The translations under genes were made by a program, and so were the position numbers. A DNA stretch of 64,000 nucleotides from Candidatus Bathyarchaeota archaeon (GTDB taxonomy: Archaea; Thermoproteota; Bathyarchaeia; Bathyarchaeales; Bathycorpusculaceae), in contig CAWABA010000006.1 in assembly GCA_963780185.1 (NCBI GenBank), forward strand, positions 96,001-160,000. The letters run 5' to 3'. The first letter of the stretch is position 1. Every line of letters starts with the position of its first letter. This document shows positions 61,792-64,000 of this stretch, piece after piece. Under the pieces are notes generated by a model that was not told where the DNA came from, made no database searches, and worked only from the letters and a program-made list of their open reading frames with translations.

Positions 61792-61954
61792 AACAAAAAC
61801 CCGAATTTAACTATGCAAGGTGCATGAATTATGTTTTTTGGTTGCTTTTTCTCTGGCGATAATTATAGCCAATTTAATCCATCTTGTTTGGTTAGCCTTT
61901 AGAGGCAAAAACAAAGAGTTCGGATGAAAATTAGACGTTTCAACCTCTAGCGAA

Positions 61955-62143
61955 TTACGGTTTTGGGTTTTCGTTCTTCTTTTCTTCGGTCATGAGTTGC
62001 GCTAAGCGGTAGGTGACGTAGGCTGAGAAGCTTCGGACGCCTCGTTTTATGCCGTATTCGTCTTTGACTTTGAGCCATTCTTTGAAAAAATAATCATACA
62101 CTTCCGTCTTCACCGTGATGGTTTTGTAGCCTTTTTTCGGCGT
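61955..62143 (-). CDS. Small RHH-like DNA-binding protein (copy 2), probable ACG start; not in the ORF track
   Basis: TPKKGYKTITVKTEVYD...SFSAYVTY; in-frame TAA three codons upstream; homolog of 22352-22522. Confidence 0.7.
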   Translation of the reverse strand, partial: TPKKGYKTITVKTEVYDYFFKEWLKVKDEYGIKRGVRSFSAYVTYRLAQLMTEEKKNENPKP

Positions 62144-62296
62144 TATGTATTACCCCTGAAGAGAAGAGTTATCGGACGTACATTTAAGGTTTCAGACAGA
62201 AAAAGCCAAAAAACCGATTGCTTGTACGAACATTTGTTTCACCATTTTAATTATATATTTTGTCCATGTTAAATACAGAAAAGGGTGTTGGGGCTT

Positions 62297-62443
62297 TTGA
62301 ATGAAAATCGATGCAAACGAATAGCTGTCAGCGAAGAGATACATGCAGCGCTCAAAAGAAAAGCGAAGGAAGCCGACCGAAGCATGAGGGAATACGTTGA
62401 GTACTTGATTGCTAAAGAAAAAGCCGCCAAAAAGGAATCGTAA
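62297..62443 (+). CDS. Ribbon-helix-helix protein (48 aa; not in the ORF track)
   Basis: KRIAVSEEIHAALKRKA...SMREYVEYLI. Confidence 0.7.
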   Translation: MNENRCKRIAVSEEIHAALKRKAKEADRSMREYVEYLIAKEKAAKKES

Positions 62444-62535
62444 TTCCCGTTTTCGGGCAAAATCCCTCAGCAGAATGCGTCATTTAAACTCAGCAGATAG
62501 TCAGCGTCAGCAACTGGAAGTTTTCTTGGCCCGTT

Positions 62536-62908
62536 TTATTTCAGTTTGGCATGTTCAGCTTTGAAAGCTGCGTTGTAGGTTCTTTTTTTGGCTTGGTTTA
62601 GGACAAACGTTACTTTTCCTTTGAAGGTTACTCCTCTTAGACGCCTCAGGTCCCTTGTCATGTCGGGTTCAGAGTCGTCAAACCAGCACATCACGTAATG
62701 GTCCGCCGCGCCCGCTGCGGTGGAAAGGTAGTCCGCGTCGCCCATCAAAGTGAAGAAATCCGCAAGTCTTCCCTCCACTTTGCCGTTCGCCATGCGTGGA
62801 CACCGATATTTTTCTGGCTTTAACAACCACAAACGGGTCAATCTCTGGGTTATCGTCGCGCTCCTTGAAAATGCAGACAACAGGCTTATTCCAAACAAGC
62901 TCAGACAA
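62536..62908 (-). CDS. Hypothetical protein; frameshifted
   Basis: MSELVWNKPVVCIFKE frame joins the DFFTLMGDADY...CWFDD frame. Confidence 0.6.
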
Positions 62909-63010
62909 ACATTTTTCCTCAAAATAGCCTAGGCTTCAAGCATTATATAAATGGTGTTGCAGCGGGGAATTGTCGAAAATTTATAAGCGGACTTTGCCTT
63001 CCATTTTCGT

Positions 63011-64000
63011 ATGAAAACTTCTGTTAAAATAGGGTCCGCATACGGCATCCCCATCGAGCTGCACCTGACCTTCATCCTGCTTATTGTGGCGGTGCTCGGG
63101 CTCTCCGTTTACTACAGCCAAATTTACTCGTTTATCCTCATAGTGTTCCTGTTTGTCTTCGTGCTTTTCCATGAGCTTGCCCACTCAGTCATCGCCAGAC
63201 GCTACAAAATCAAAGTCCGCAAAATCATCCTCTACCCCATCGGCGGAGTTTCCGAAATCGAGGAGATACCTGAAAACCCCCAGATAGAGTGGCGCATGGC
63301 TTTTGCGGGTCCAGCTCACCAGCCTCATAATGGGCGCGGCTCTTGTCGCCGTAAACTTCGTGTTGCCTGTAAAATTCATGTTTGCGCCCGTCTTCCGTTG
63401 TGCTTTCCACGGGGAACCTGCTGCTGGATTTGGGGTACCTCAACCTGCTGCTTGGCGCCTTCAACCTGCTTCCTGCGTTTCCCATGGACGGCGGCAGAGT
63501 TCTTCGGGCGCTGCTGGCTGAACGCATGAAGTTCACGGCTGCCACCAAATACGCAAGCTACATCGGCAGGATTTTGGGCATCGGCATGGCGGTTTTCGGA
63601 ATCCTGTTTCCAGGCTACTTCCTGTGGATTGTGGTAGGCGTCTTCGTTTATGTTGGCGCCAGTGAAGAGGCGGAGCAGACAATTGTTTCCACGACGCTGG
63701 CAAACGTGCGGGTTAAAGATGTGATGCAGTCTGAAATCGGCTCAGTTCGTCCCGAGCAAACCCTCGCTGAAGCCTTCGAAGTCATGTTCCAAATCCCGCT
63801 ACCACGACGCGCTTGTCGAGAAAGACGGCGTCTTCCAAGGCGTCGTCACATGGACCGAAATAATCAAAGTTCCCAAAGACCAACGCGAAAACATCCGAAT
63901 CGAGCAGATGCCGCTGAAGAACATCTCAACTTTTCCCGATGAAGCCGTTTTTGAAACCTACAAGCTGATGACCCGGGAAAAAATCGATTTGATGCCTGTC
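63011..64000 (+). CDS. M50 site-2 protease with CBS domains; frameshifted, runs off the window
   Basis: HELAH, AGP, FNLLPAFPMDGG, then VKDVM CBS start. Confidence 0.92.

Overview
Archaeal chromosomal DNA, most consistent with a TACK archaeon such as Bathyarchaeia. This is inferred from archaeal-type pheS/pheT, leuS, uS12/uS7 and P1/L12, mch plus citG, PGI/PMI and a DRG GTPase. Housekeeping genes are interleaved with accessory patches: a fragmented Avs-like STAND defence gene, two VapBC modules stacked behind tRNA-Ala(GGC), a Fic protein, and a dCTP-deaminase/NUDIX cassette entangled with a split mazG-like gene. Many genes, including ribosomal P1/L12, carry single-base indels, so most frameshifts are probably consensus errors. 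The most notable unexplained signals are: (1) a candidate ~520-nt multi-domain structured non-coding RNA with a TATA-like element at 47225-47750; (2) two copies of a divergent ribbon-helix-helix gene pair whose minus-strand genes appear to start at a conserved ACG codon; (3) a dispersed repeat family at accessory-gene borders; (4) several smaller hairpin RNAs with TATA-like elements. All pairings and alignments were made by eye, and no database searches were run.
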